This document shows positions 38,016-47,372 of a DNA stretch of 64,000 nt, in pieces (positions within the stretch are counted from its first letter, which is position 1; the number at the start of each line of letters is the position of its first letter). The stretch is from Campylobacteraceae bacterium (lineage in GTDB: Bacteria > Campylobacterota > Campylobacteria > Campylobacterales > Campylobacteraceae). The translations under genes were made by a program, and so were the position numbers. The notes below the pieces were generated by a model, which worked only from the letters and a program-made list of their open reading frames with translations, had not been told where the DNA came from and made no database searches. The stretch is from contig JAISGD010000010.1 in the NCBI GenBank assembly GCA_031263195.1, positions 32,075 to 96,074 on the forward strand. The letters run 5' to 3'.

Positions 38016-38444
38016 ATGAAATATTTCGTCAAACAACTTACGGTATTTTTAGAAAATAAACCCGGAGAGCTTGCCTCTTTCACCCATATTTTAAGCGGTA
38101 AAAATGTCAATATCAAATCTTTGATATTGGTGGAATCCACAGAATACGGACTGGTACGCGCTATTGTAGACAATCCGCAAAAAGCAAAAGCCGTACTGGA
38201 GAGTGCGGGACTCAGCGTAAGATTTAGCGACGTTTTGGCTGTCAAAATAAAAGACGAGGTAGGAAGTTTTGACAGGATAGTAACGATTTTGAGTAAAAAT
38301 AGCATTAATATCCTATATACTTATAGTTTTTACTCCACAAACAGCGGTATTTTCATCTTTAGCGTTGATAATTTGCAAAAGGGTATTGACGCGCTTTTGG
38401 AGGCAAAAGAAAATGTTTTGGAAGCAGCGTATTTTTATGAGTAA
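38016..38444 (+). CDS. ACT domain-containing protein
   Basis: 142 aa with two ACT-like beta-alpha-beta-beta-alpha-beta repeats (LTVFLENKPGELA...). This is the usual fourth gene of iorAB-paaK clusters. Confidence 0.8.
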   Translation: MKYFVKQLTVFLENKPGELASFTHILSGKNVNIKSLILVESTEYGLVRAIVDNPQKAKAVLESAGLSVRFSDVLAVKIKDEVGSFDRIVTILSKNSINILYTYSFYSTNSGIFIFSVDNLQKGIDALLEAKENVLEAAYFYE

Positions 38445-38477
38445 GTGACGTAATATGATTAAAAAATTTTAATTTAT

Positions 38478-38828
38478 TTATAAAAAGCGGTGCAATTTAC
38501 ATCGAAAGTCCTTATTTTTAATTAAATCAAGAAATGATTTTATTCGTGCAGGTTCTTTTTTGAAAAATTGTGTTACTTTGACTTTGGAAAGCAAAGAAAA
38601 CAAATCATTTGCATCAACTCTTATTGCATATAGCCCAACAACTAGCCTTAAATAAACATTGTGCCTGAACCGCAAAAAGGGTCTAAAACAGTTGCGCTTT
38701 TATGTGCAAACTGCTTTATCATCGTGTGCGGCAGTTGCGGCGGGAACTTTGCAGGATATGGGTGCAAAGAATGGTGTTAAGTACATTGTGTCGCTGTTAT
38801 AGAAGTCAAAATCTATATTGTAATTCAT
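38478..38828 (-). pseudogene. Frameshifted, 3'-truncated DNA (N6/N4) methyltransferase remnant
   Basis: My own three-frame reading gives three pieces. First, ATG 38828 MNYNIDFDFYNSDTMYLTPFF, ending in a stop. Second, after a +1 shift, LHPYPAKFPPQLPHTMIKQFAHKSATVLDPFCGSGTMFI*. Third, ...GLYAIRVDANDLFSLLSKVKVTQ.... This covers the AdoMet motif I (DPFCGSGT) region only. No catalytic (D/N)PPY part follows. Confidence 0.65.
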
Positions 38829-38855
38829 TGTCTTATTATTTTACTTTGCTCATTA

Positions 38856-41477
38856 TCAGTTATTATATTGTACGTTTTTAAGGTCTTCTTTTAGCCTTTT
38901 AAAATCAGTTATTTGCTGTTCTAATATTTCAGGGCTTGGAATAATACCAAATTCATCAGAAGGCAAATGTCCTTCTATCAAATTCGATATTTCTCCGTGC
39001 TTTTCAACAACTGTTTCAATAAGCGTTTTTTCAAATTTTATTTCTTTTAATCTTCCCATTCTTATTTGAGGGTCGAAACGTTGTACTGTTCCTCCTAAAA
39101 TAGTAAAAATAGCCAAGGCTTCATAAGAAGCCCTTAATGCCGCCAGGCCTGCTTTGGAATAATCAATTCTTTCATTTCCATTGGTAATTTTACTTTTTCT
39201 CAACCATTCTTCTGCTTTTGTAGGGTCGTTATATTGCCCTTCATTTGCAGGGCTTGTATTTGCTACAACTTTTCCACAAATTTGATTATCACGTTCCAAA
39301 GTGTGGTGAATAAAACTATTCTCAATGCCATTCAAATACTTTTTACTAAAATTTTTGAGGTGGTAAAAGAAAATTAAATCATGTGTAAGTATGATTACTT
39401 GTTTTGAAGTTGCTTGTAGTGCCAGCCTTTCCGCAATTTGTTTTTTTCTATCGTTATCCAATGAATTTACAGGGTCATCGAAAATTAGCCCTCTGTTTAT
39501 TTCAGACATTTGGAGTTCAGCAAGAAAATCTGCAATAGCAATCACTTTTTGTTCGCCTTCGCTTAATACTGCATTAGGATTTTGCCCTTTTAATTTGAGT
39601 TGTCTGTAAGATTTTCCTTGTGTACCTGTATGATTGACTTCTATTCCGAAATTTCCGTTGAGTTTTTGACACTCGTTATTGAAAGTATCAATATATTTTT
39701 GGTTAAAATACTTGTTTGATAATGTTTTTTCGGCATTTGTTATTATCCGTTTTGCATAATCAGCATTGTGTGCTTTTTTTATCCAAACTTGATTATTGAC
39801 ATAAGTTTCAAATTTTGGAAAATGCGTATTGAATTTTTCTTTGTGTTCTAAAAATGTTTTTGCATTCAATAATTTTTCTAACTCCTTACTTTGTTCATCT
39901 TCCGTTAGATTTTTGATTAAAGCATCGACAGCCGTTTCAATCGCTGCGTGTTGTTCAACTCCTATTTCTATTGCTATTCTTTCATTTGCTGTTTTGCTTT
40001 GAATATCGGAAATAATATTTTTAGCAAGTGTTTTTTGTTCTGAAAGTTTTCGGTTCAATGCTACCAATTCGTCAGGATATTTTTCAGTTAACCAAACAGT
40101 AAGTGTATTGTCTTGTGGAAACAAGTCAAAATTTAAACTTTCATAACTTTGTTTTGCTTTGTCAAGCGTTTCTTGTGCCTGTTTTGCCTTTTGCTCCATA
40201 ATGCTTTTTATGAAAGTCCAATAGTTGGAAATTAGTTGTTTTGCATTATCCGAAAGTAGTTGTTGGCAAAATAAACAATTGTCGCCATTTTCAGGATAAA
40301 CAGCATTTCCTGTTTTCTGTGTTTTAGCAAATTCCTCGGCGGAAATAATAAAATTTTTCCATTCGATTGCTCCTACTCCTTGTATCTTGTCGGTTTTAAA
40401 ATTTTCAATACTTTCTGCTTTTGCTGTGGTTTCTTTTGAAATACAATCAGTAATTACTGATTGTATTTTTACAATCATTTCGATTGTAAAAAACTGATTA
40501 AGTTTTTCAATATCTTGCTTGTTTTTAGCCAGTAAGGTTTTGATATTTCCAAGTTTTTTTATTTCATTTTCTTTTCCTTTTAACGCCAATAGAAGTTCGT
40601 CATATTGTTTTTGTATCGTCTCTTTTTGGGTTTTATCATCATCAGAAAAAGGTGTGTATTTTTTCAAATCGTCATAAATATTTGTTTCCGCATTCAGATT
40701 TTGAACAATCGCTTTAATTTCCGAATTGCCGTCAAACAAGGCGGATAAATCATTTGCTGTATTTCCTAATTGTTTGGTTTGAATATCGGTATTTAGTTTT
40801 TCTTCAACTCGATTAATAGCACTTGTGTAATTTGCAAAAAAACTCAATCCCGCAGGGCGAAATTCAAATTCGTTTTTTTCAGCAAGTTGTTTAAATAAAC
40901 CTTTTCCATCAAAGACTGCAAATTGTTCAAATTCGGTATTATCTCTATTCGTAATAAATAACACTGTTTCAATATTATTTGATTTAAAAGTAAATTTTGC
41001 ATTAATAGATTTGTGCTCGTTTTCAATATTAATATTCGGCAAAATATCTTCGGGATATTTTGAATAAAAAACATTTTTCAAAAGCCTTACATAACCCGAC
41101 TTTCCCGAGCCATTTGCACCATAAATGATTGTGAGGTTTGGACTAAATTCTATTGTTTGATTTTCGGTTAAGGCGTTTACACCTTCAACATTTTCAAGTT
41201 TTGCAAGAAGTAAATCAGATTTGTATTGTCCTGCATTTATAATATTATAATCAATGGTGATTTCTGACTTTTCAGTTTCTTCTTTAATTTGCAATAATTC
41301 AAGCAAATAAGAATACGAGGTATCAATATAATTTTCAGAAACGGCGTTACCCGATAAAATTTTCTCTGCAAGAAATTTTGCCCAATAAGGCAGTTCGTTA
41401 GCAAATCTCTTTACTTCCGTTTCAAGCGTTTCTGCTTGTATGTGTATGTTTTCGATATTGTTATTTTCTTCATTCAT
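38856..41477 (-). CDS. AAA_13 (PrrC/RloC-like) ATPase with coiled-coil insert; candidate anticodon nuclease / abortive-infection protein
   Basis: 873 aa. Walker A YGANGSGKSG (~41.10-41.13 kb), then ~450 aa of heptad-rich K/E/Q/L sequence with a central CLFC (~40.27 kb). ABC signature LSEGEQKVIAIADFLAEL, Walker B LIFDDPVNSLD and ILTHD follow. The C-terminal ~190 aa contain LRASYE (R-x3-E) and downstream His residues (EKHG, NLIEGH), reminiscent of the PrrC Arg-Glu-His triad. Noticeably more AT-rich than the flanks (by eye). Confidence 0.72.
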   Translation of the reverse strand: MNEENNNIENIHIQAETLETEVKRFANELPYWAKFLAEKILSGNAVSENYIDTSYSYLLELLQIKEETEKSEITIDYNIINAGQYKSDLLLAKLENVEGVNALTENQTIEFSPNLTIIYGANGSGKSGYVRLLKNVFYSKYPEDILPNINIENEHKSINAKFTFKSNNIETVLFITNRDNTEFEQFAVFDGKGLFKQLAEKNEFEFRPAGLSFFANYTSAINRVEEKLNTDIQTKQLGNTANDLSALFDGNSEIKAIVQNLNAETNIYDDLKKYTPFSDDDKTQKETIQKQYDELLLALKGKENEIKKLGNIKTLLAKNKQDIEKLNQFFTIEMIVKIQSVITDCISKETTAKAESIENFKTDKIQGVGAIEWKNFIISAEEFAKTQKTGNAVYPENGDNCLFCQQLLSDNAKQLISNYWTFIKSIMEQKAKQAQETLDKAKQSYESLNFDLFPQDNTLTVWLTEKYPDELVALNRKLSEQKTLAKNIISDIQSKTANERIAIEIGVEQHAAIETAVDALIKNLTEDEQSKELEKLLNAKTFLEHKEKFNTHFPKFETYVNNQVWIKKAHNADYAKRIITNAEKTLSNKYFNQKYIDTFNNECQKLNGNFGIEVNHTGTQGKSYRQLKLKGQNPNAVLSEGEQKVIAIADFLAELQMSEINRGLIFDDPVNSLDNDRKKQIAERLALQATSKQVIILTHDLIFFYHLKNFSKKYLNGIENSFIHHTLERDNQICGKVVANTSPANEGQYNDPTKAEEWLRKSKITNGNERIDYSKAGLAALRASYEALAIFTILGGTVQRFDPQIRMGRLKEIKFEKTLIETVVEKHGEISNLIEGHLPSDEFGIIPSPEILEQQITDFKRLKEDLKNVQYNN

Positions 41478-41870
41478 ATCATTTTACCCCCTCCATTTTA
41501 CTTTACGAAATATTACCACAAAAGAGCAATTTTGGTTGGTGTAAAAAACACTAATCGCCCTAAATAATTAATCGGTCTATTTTTATAAAAAATAAGATAA
41601 TCGTAAACCAAATTTTATTGTAAATAACTATATCGTTAAAATAAAGAGTAAAAAATATATAAACTGGGGTGCAAAACTATTTACTTCATTGCATTTATTT
41701 TTTAATTTATAGCCATCCATATTGTGTATACTATAAAGTCGTGTATAATTTTGCAAAAATTGTGAATTACTTACAAGTAATATTAAAAAATATAGAAATA
41801 ATCTATTATATCCAATAAATAAAATAAGTGATAAGCATTATAAGTCTAGTAAAATTTTTACAAAAAGTCT

Positions 41871-41900
41871 GAAAGGCAGTAAAATTATTTACTACCTTTC
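41871..41900 (-). terminator. Probable terminator hairpin downstream of ridA
   Basis: GAAAGGCAGTAAA-atta-TTTACTACCTTTC forms a 13-bp stem with 1 mismatch, 75 nt past the ridA stop. On the minus strand it is followed by AGACTTTTTG. Confidence 0.45.
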
Positions 41901-41974
41901 GATTAAACAGTATTATTTTTCAGGAATCCCCACAAAGTGTAGCTTTGAATTAAAACCATTTTATTTAAGCGACA

Positions 41975-42361
41975 TCATTTTTTTGTCTTGCGAACCGCAG
42001 TTACCTCGATCTCCACAAACCACGCGGGATTTGCGAGTGCGGCGACTTGAACAACAGATCTTGTTGGTAGATTTGGCTGCTCTTTCGTGCCAAAAAATTT
42101 ACGATACCCATTCATAAACCCGTCAAAATCCATCTTTCCCGAAAGCTTTGGATCGCCCACTAAAAAGACTTGCATTTTAATAACATCGCCCATTTCCAAA
42201 CCAAGACTTTTTAAGGTTTTATCAATGCTTGCAAGCGAACTGATAGTCTGCTCTTCCGTATTGCCATACGCTTCAACCGATCCTTTTGTAGCATTTATAA
42301 TTGTCGGTACAACGCCGCTTAAATTAACAACAGTCGCGTCGGATGGAATCTCTACCGCCAT
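41975..42361 (-). CDS. RidA/YjgF family reactive-intermediate deaminase
   Basis: 128 aa with the family-typical core (QTISSLASIDKTLKSLGLEMGDVIKMQVFL...PTRSVVQVAAL...VEIEVTAV). Confidence 0.85.
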   Translation of the reverse strand: MAVEIPSDATVVNLSGVVPTIINATKGSVEAYGNTEEQTISSLASIDKTLKSLGLEMGDVIKMQVFLVGDPKLSGKMDFDGFMNGYRKFFGTKEQPNLPTRSVVQVAALANPAWFVEIEVTAVRKTKK

Positions 42362-42394
42362 CGCTATTGGAAAATCAGAACCCGGCGTCTTATG

Positions 42395-43756
42395 TTACAT
42401 CCAATCAATGACTTTAGCCACTTCGCTTACAGCGTAGCATTTTATGCCGCTTATCTCCTCAAGCGGTCGCGACGGGACTATGGCTTTTTTAAAGTGCTGT
42501 GTTTTGGCTTCTTTTAAGCGGTTGTCAAGTTGATAAACGTCTCTTATGTCGCCGATTAGGCTAACTTCTCCAATAAAGATAGTATCTTTGCTTAGAGGTC
42601 GGTTTCTGAAACTGCTTATAATAGCCGCTACTATCGCCACATCCGCGGCTGTTTCGGTTATCTTTATTCCTCCGGCGATATTTATAAAAACGTCATATCT
42701 GTTTAACGGCAAGTCAAGCTTGCGCTCCAAAAGCGCTAAAAGCATAGTCAAACGATTTAGTTCATAACCTGTTGAAGCGCGTTTGGGATTTGGATATGTG
42801 CTTTCGCTAAGTAACGCTTGCACTTCCAAAACTATCGGACGAGAACCCTCCATTACAACCGTTATCGCCGAACCGGCTTGCGAATCATTTCTTGTGAAAA
42901 ATTTCTTTGAGATATCCTTAGCGCTTTCAAGTCCCGTTTTTGTCATCTCAAAAATTCCGACTTCGCTGGTTGAACCGAAACGATTTTTAAAACCTCTTAA
43001 TATTCTAAGCTCTCTATTTGAGTCGCCTTCAAAATACAGTACCGTATCTACCATATGCTCAAGTATCCTGGGTCCTGCTATAGAGCCCTCTTTTGTGATA
43101 TGCCCGATAATAAAAACCGCTACGTTTTTATCTTTGGCGTAGCGCATAAGTTCAAACGTTATCTCTCTTACTTGCGATACGCTTCCTGGAGCTGATGATA
43201 TTTTTTCGCTAAATAGTGTTTGAATAGAGTCTACTATCAAAACATCAAATTTTTTCAAAGAGAGTTCATGCAAAATCGTATCAAGATTTATTTCGCACAA
43301 AAGATATAGGTTTTTATGCAAACTATCCAATCTTTGCGCGCGCAATTTTATTTGACCTGCGGACTCTTCGCCGCTTACATAGAGCGTATTTTTACCGGAT
43401 TTTGCGAGATTGCCACCGATTTTTAAAAGCAGCGTTGATTTGCCAACGCCAGGACTTCCTCCGATAAGCGTGAGACTGCCCTCTACTATGCCGCCGCCCA
43501 AAACCAGATCAAGCTCTTCATTATTTGAGCTAAATCTCTCAACGCTCTCGTCCTCTATCTCAGTTATGGATTTCGCGCTGTTTTGTGAAGATTTTGAATT
43601 TGGCGATTTTGACGTCTCTTTTAAAGTTGTAATTTGTTCTTGCGTTAATTCCAAGAACTCGCCCCACGCACCGCAATTTGGGCATTTGCCAAGCTCTGCC
43701 GCGCTTTGAAAACCGCACGCTTGACACTCGTAAAGCTGCTGTTTTTTCTTGCCCAT
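42395..43756 (-). CDS. radA: DNA repair protein RadA
   Basis: N-terminal zinc ribbon (YECQACGF...CPNCGAW), Walker A GGSPGVGKST, KNRFG motif and a Lon-like C-domain. Confidence 0.95.
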   Translation of the reverse strand: MGKKKQQLYECQACGFQSAAELGKCPNCGAWGEFLELTQEQITTLKETSKSPNSKSSQNSAKSITEIEDESVERFSSNNEELDLVLGGGIVEGSLTLIGGSPGVGKSTLLLKIGGNLAKSGKNTLYVSGEESAGQIKLRAQRLDSLHKNLYLLCEINLDTILHELSLKKFDVLIVDSIQTLFSEKISSAPGSVSQVREITFELMRYAKDKNVAVFIIGHITKEGSIAGPRILEHMVDTVLYFEGDSNRELRILRGFKNRFGSTSEVGIFEMTKTGLESAKDISKKFFTRNDSQAGSAITVVMEGSRPIVLEVQALLSESTYPNPKRASTGYELNRLTMLLALLERKLDLPLNRYDVFINIAGGIKITETAADVAIVAAIISSFRNRPLSKDTIFIGEVSLIGDIRDVYQLDNRLKEAKTQHFKKAIVPSRPLEEISGIKCYAVSEVAKVIDWM

Positions 43757-43758
43757 AA

Positions 43759-44637
43759 CTACTCTTTCGCGTTAAAAATAGCATCCAAAATGCTATCGAC
43801 ATAACTTTCCGCATCAAAAGGTATAAGGTCGTCCATGCTTTCTCCAACGCCAACATAAAGTATCGGAAGTTGTAAAGTTTTGGCTATACTAAAAAGCGCG
43901 CCGCCTTTAGCCGTACCATCAAGTTTTGTTATGATAAGCGCGTCTATGCCTATCATTTCATTAAACGCCAACGCTTGATTTATCGCGGAATTTCCTTGAG
44001 TTCCATCAAGTATTAATATCTTTCTATGAGGAGCGTTATCAGCCGCCTTTGCGCAGATTTTCACTATTTTTTTAAGCTCATTAGCTAAATTTATTTGATT
44101 ATGCAAACGCCCCGCTGTATCTATAATGACATTATCAATACCTCTTGCTTTTGCGGAAGAGATCGTATCGTACGCTACTGCGGAAGGATCATGTCCTTGT
44201 TGCGTATAAATTATCGGAACGTCTATTTTTTCACTCCAGCGTTTTAACTGTTCTATAGCCGCCGCTCTAAAAGTATCTCCGGCTCCGAGCAAAACGCTTT
44301 TGTTTTGGTTTTTATATATATTCGCAAGTTTTGCGATGGTAGTTGTTTTGCCCGCGCCATTTACCCCTACTATTAACTCCACAAAAGGATTTGCCGAGAT
44401 ATTCGCGTTTTTATCGTATATGAAATATGATTTTAAAACTCTTTTTATATCGTCTTTACCAACGCTATTTTGAGGTGGGAGGTAGTAGAGTATCTCTTCT
44501 ACCAATTCATAGCTCACGTCCGCTTCCAAAAGCACTTCTTCTAAAATCTCTTTGCTAACTTTTTCTTGTTTTGCTGGGACTATCTCTTTTATCGCTTCAA
44601 GAGTTTTGCCAAGTCCTTTTTTGATAGACGCGAACAC
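43759..44637 (-). CDS. ftsY: Signal recognition particle receptor
   Basis: NG domain with [15 protein letters not shown] and [10 protein letters not shown] motifs. Confidence 0.95.
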   Translation of the reverse strand: MFASIKKGLGKTLEAIKEIVPAKQEKVSKEILEEVLLEADVSYELVEEILYYLPPQNSVGKDDIKRVLKSYFIYDKNANISANPFVELIVGVNGAGKTTTIAKLANIYKNQNKSVLLGAGDTFRAAAIEQLKRWSEKIDVPIIYTQQGHDPSAVAYDTISSAKARGIDNVIIDTAGRLHNQINLANELKKIVKICAKAADNAPHRKILILDGTQGNSAINQALAFNEMIGIDALIITKLDGTAKGGALFSIAKTLQLPILYVGVGESMDDLIPFDAESYVDSILDAIFNAKE

Positions 44638-45149
44638 TAAAAAATCCTCTTCAAGTCAGCCTCTATCATCTCCTCGGGTATTGCTCCTGTATAATCGGTA
44701 ACATACGCGCCATCTTTATCATATATCACTATATACGGCACACTTGTTATATTGCCCAAAGTAGCCGAAAGTCTGAGGTTATTTTTATCAGTTGAGACAG
44801 AAAAATCCACACCATTTTTGGATATAAAATCTTGTGCATCTTCCAAAGAGCTGTTATCAAGAACAGCAGATATGATATTGAGGTCGTTTTGATATCTGCT
44901 TTGAAGATTATTCAGGTTTGGGATTTGCGCATCACACGGTATGCACGAAGTCGTAAAAAAGGCTAAAAGCAGCGATTTGTTATCATATGAAAATCCATCC
45001 TCTGTTTTTTTTAGAATAATGGTTTTATTATTTGTCGTTTTCAAGACGATATTTTGATTGCTTACGAGCGGTTTATCAATATTGTCACCGCAACCAAAAA
45101 AGAGAGCTAAACTAAAAAGAGGCAGTAAAAAAGAGATAGGTTTTATCAC
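44637..45149 (-). CDS. Thioredoxin-fold (TlpA/ResA-like) lipoprotein
   Basis: Lipobox LFFGC and a CIPC redox motif. 170 aa. Confidence 0.75.
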   Translation of the reverse strand: MIKPISFLLPLFSLALFFGCGDNIDKPLVSNQNIVLKTTNNKTIILKKTEDGFSYDNKSLLLAFFTTSCIPCDAQIPNLNNLQSRYQNDLNIISAVLDNSSLEDAQDFISKNGVDFSVSTDKNNLRLSATLGNITSVPYIVIYDKDGAYVTDYTGAIPEEMIEADLKRIF

Positions 45150-45201
45150 GAAGCTGTCCTTATTATTGTAAAATACTTCTTAAAAAAAGGATTATAAACA
45201 A

Positions 45202-45858
45202 ATGTCGCTTAAAAGCACAAATAGTAATCTACCCAAAGAAAGATTTCGCGAAATTTCTCTTAAAAAATTAAAATGCGCCGCCGATGAAAAATATTTCAAA
45301 AATTCACACACTGTCGTAAAATCTCTTGAAAAAATATTAAAATTGCTACGATTTAAGACAATAGCATTATATATTCCGCTTAAAATTGAGGTTGATATAC
45401 GAACAATTTTTCCAAAACTTAGACGAGACAAAATAATTTATGTTCCATTTATGGAATGTGTCAGTTTTAAATTGGTAAAATACAGATTACCTGTTTGGAA
45501 AAAGAAGTTTAATATTTTGGAGCCTGCCGATTCTTGCAGGTTTAGGCAAAAAGTTGATATTATAGTAGTTCCTGTCATCGGGGTTGATGGGGATTTGAGA
45601 AGAGTAGGTTTCGGGAAAGGGATGTACGATAGGTTTTTTGCTACTTTAAAACCACAACCCTTTACCATTTTTGTTCAACTTATAAAATGTTATACTCAAG
45701 ATAAGCTTTGTGAAGCTTATGATATACAGGCTGATATTTATATAACCCCAACAGATATTATAATAAAAAGAGGGAAAAATGGTTTTAGAGATAGGAGTAG
45801 GAGTATTTACAGCGGCAGCAACAGGAGTGGCAGGATTTATAATAGCAAAAAAGCTTGA
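45202..45858 (+). CDS. 5-formyltetrahydrofolate cyclo-ligase
   Basis: VVPVIGVDGDLRRVGFGKGMYDRFF is the family signature. The 3' end overlaps the rny start by 80 nt. Confidence 0.8.
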   Translation: MSLKSTNSNLPKERFREISLKKLKCAADEKYFKNSHTVVKSLEKILKLLRFKTIALYIPLKIEVDIRTIFPKLRRDKIIYVPFMECVSFKLVKYRLPVWKKKFNILEPADSCRFRQKVDIIVVPVIGVDGDLRRVGFGKGMYDRFFATLKPQPFTIFVQLIKCYTQDKLCEAYDIQADIYITPTDIIIKRGKNGFRDRSRSIYSGSNRSGRIYNSKKA

Positions 45859-47335
45859 CGCGGCAAATCACGAGATATATATTGCGCAAGCTAAAGCGAG
45901 GGCTAAAGCGATAGAACATGAGGCGGAATTAACGCTTAAAAATGTTAATATCAAAGTAGCCGAAGCCGAACTTAATGCTAAAAGGCGTTTTGAGGAAGAG
46001 GCACTGAAACTCAAAAAAGAGTATGCATTAAAATCAACTGATGTGGAAAAAAAAGAGATAGGCTTGCGTGAGGATACCAAAAAACTTATAAAAGAGCGCG
46101 AAGAGATACATAATTTCAAGCGTATCGTTGATGAAATGGGCGCGGAAGCAGCAAAACTGAAGCAAGATTATCAAGTCAAACTTAAAGACGCTATTCGCGT
46201 ATTGGAACATTCGGCAGGACTTACCGAAGATGAGGCCAAAGATATAATACTAAAAAAAGTGGAAGAACAGTCCAGAGCCGAAATAGCTCATATAGTTAGG
46301 AAATGCGAAGAAGAAGCAAAACAAGATGCGAAGAGGAAGGCAAATTATATATTAGCACAAGCTACCACAAGATTTGCGGGTGATTTTGCTGCGGAGCGAT
46401 TGATAAATGTCGTCAATATCAAAGATGATGATTTAAAAGGGCGCATTATCGGCAAAGAGGGTAGAAATATAAAAACTCTTGAAATGCTCTTAGGCGTTGA
46501 TATTATCATAGACGACACACCTAACGCGATTATTTTGAGTAGTTTTAATCTTTATCGCAGAGCAGTCGCAACAAAAGTTATTCAACTTTTAGTAGAGGAC
46601 GGCAGGATTCAACCTGCGCGCATTGAAGATATACACGAAAAAGTTAAAGATGAGTTTGAACAAAATCTCAAAGAAGAAGGTGAAAATATCGTTATGGATT
46701 TGGGACTTACAAAAATTCATCCGGAAATTATCAAATTGATAGGTAAACTGAAATTCCGTGCCAGTTATGGACAAAATGCTCTTGGACATTCTCTAGAAGT
46801 GGCAAATCTTGCAGGTATTATTGCAGCAGAACTTGGAGGAAACGAACAACTTGCAAAAAGAGCGGGACTTTTGCATGACATTGGCAAAGCCTTAACACAA
46901 GAGTTTGCCGGAAGCCATGTTGATTTGGGGGCGGACGTTTGCAAACGCTATAAAGAACACCCTGTTGTTATAAACGCTATTTACGCTCATCACGGACATG
47001 AGGAAGCCACGTCTATAGAGGCTGCTGCTGTCTGTGCCGCCGATACACTTTCTGCCGCGCGTCCTGGCGCTAGACGTGAAGTACTTGAAAGCTTCTTAAA
47101 ACGTGTTCAAGATATCGAGGACATCGCCAAATCAAAAGAGGGTATCAAACAAGCATATGCGATAAATGCCGGTCGCGAAATAAGAGTTATTGCTAACGCA
47201 AAACTTGTAAACGACGATGAAGCCGTACTTTTAGCAAAAGAGATAAGTAAAGAGATAGAGGCTAAAGTGCAATATCCGGGCGAGATAAAAGTCAATGTTA
47301 TCAGAGAGACAAGAGCAATAGATTACGCTAAATAA
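45779..47335 (+). CDS. rny: Ribonuclease Y
   Basis: N-terminal TM, coiled coil, KH domain (GRIIGKEGRNIK) and HD domain (GLLHDIGK). Confidence 0.95.
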   Translation: MVLEIGVGVFTAAATGVAGFIIAKKLDAANHEIYIAQAKARAKAIEHEAELTLKNVNIKVAEAELNAKRRFEEEALKLKKEYALKSTDVEKKEIGLREDTKKLIKEREEIHNFKRIVDEMGAEAAKLKQDYQVKLKDAIRVLEHSAGLTEDEAKDIILKKVEEQSRAEIAHIVRKCEEEAKQDAKRKANYILAQATTRFAGDFAAERLINVVNIKDDDLKGRIIGKEGRNIKTLEMLLGVDIIIDDTPNAIILSSFNLYRRAVATKVIQLLVEDGRIQPARIEDIHEKVKDEFEQNLKEEGENIVMDLGLTKIHPEIIKLIGKLKFRASYGQNALGHSLEVANLAGIIAAELGGNEQLAKRAGLLHDIGKALTQEFAGSHVDLGADVCKRYKEHPVVINAIYAHHGHEEATSIEAAAVCAADTLSAARPGARREVLESFLKRVQDIEDIAKSKEGIKQAYAINAGREIRVIANAKLVNDDEAVLLAKEISKEIEAKVQYPGEIKVNVIRETRAIDYAK

Positions 47336-47372
47336 TTTTAAAAAGCTAAATATACAAAATTAAGGTGAAAAA

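Noticed and set aside
37961-38305. 114-aa minus-strand ORF overlapping the paaK end and the ACT gene.
   Set aside because: It is antisense to two motif-supported genes in an operon, and its Ser/Leu/Thr-rich sequence has low complexity.
38445-41974. I looked for integrase, transposase or tRNA genes, or flanking direct repeats, that would make the RloC-like islet a defined mobile element.
   Set aside because: No recombinase ORF or tRNA gene was found. The only end similarity is a trivial AT-rich string (TTTATTTA), so I do not call a mobile element.
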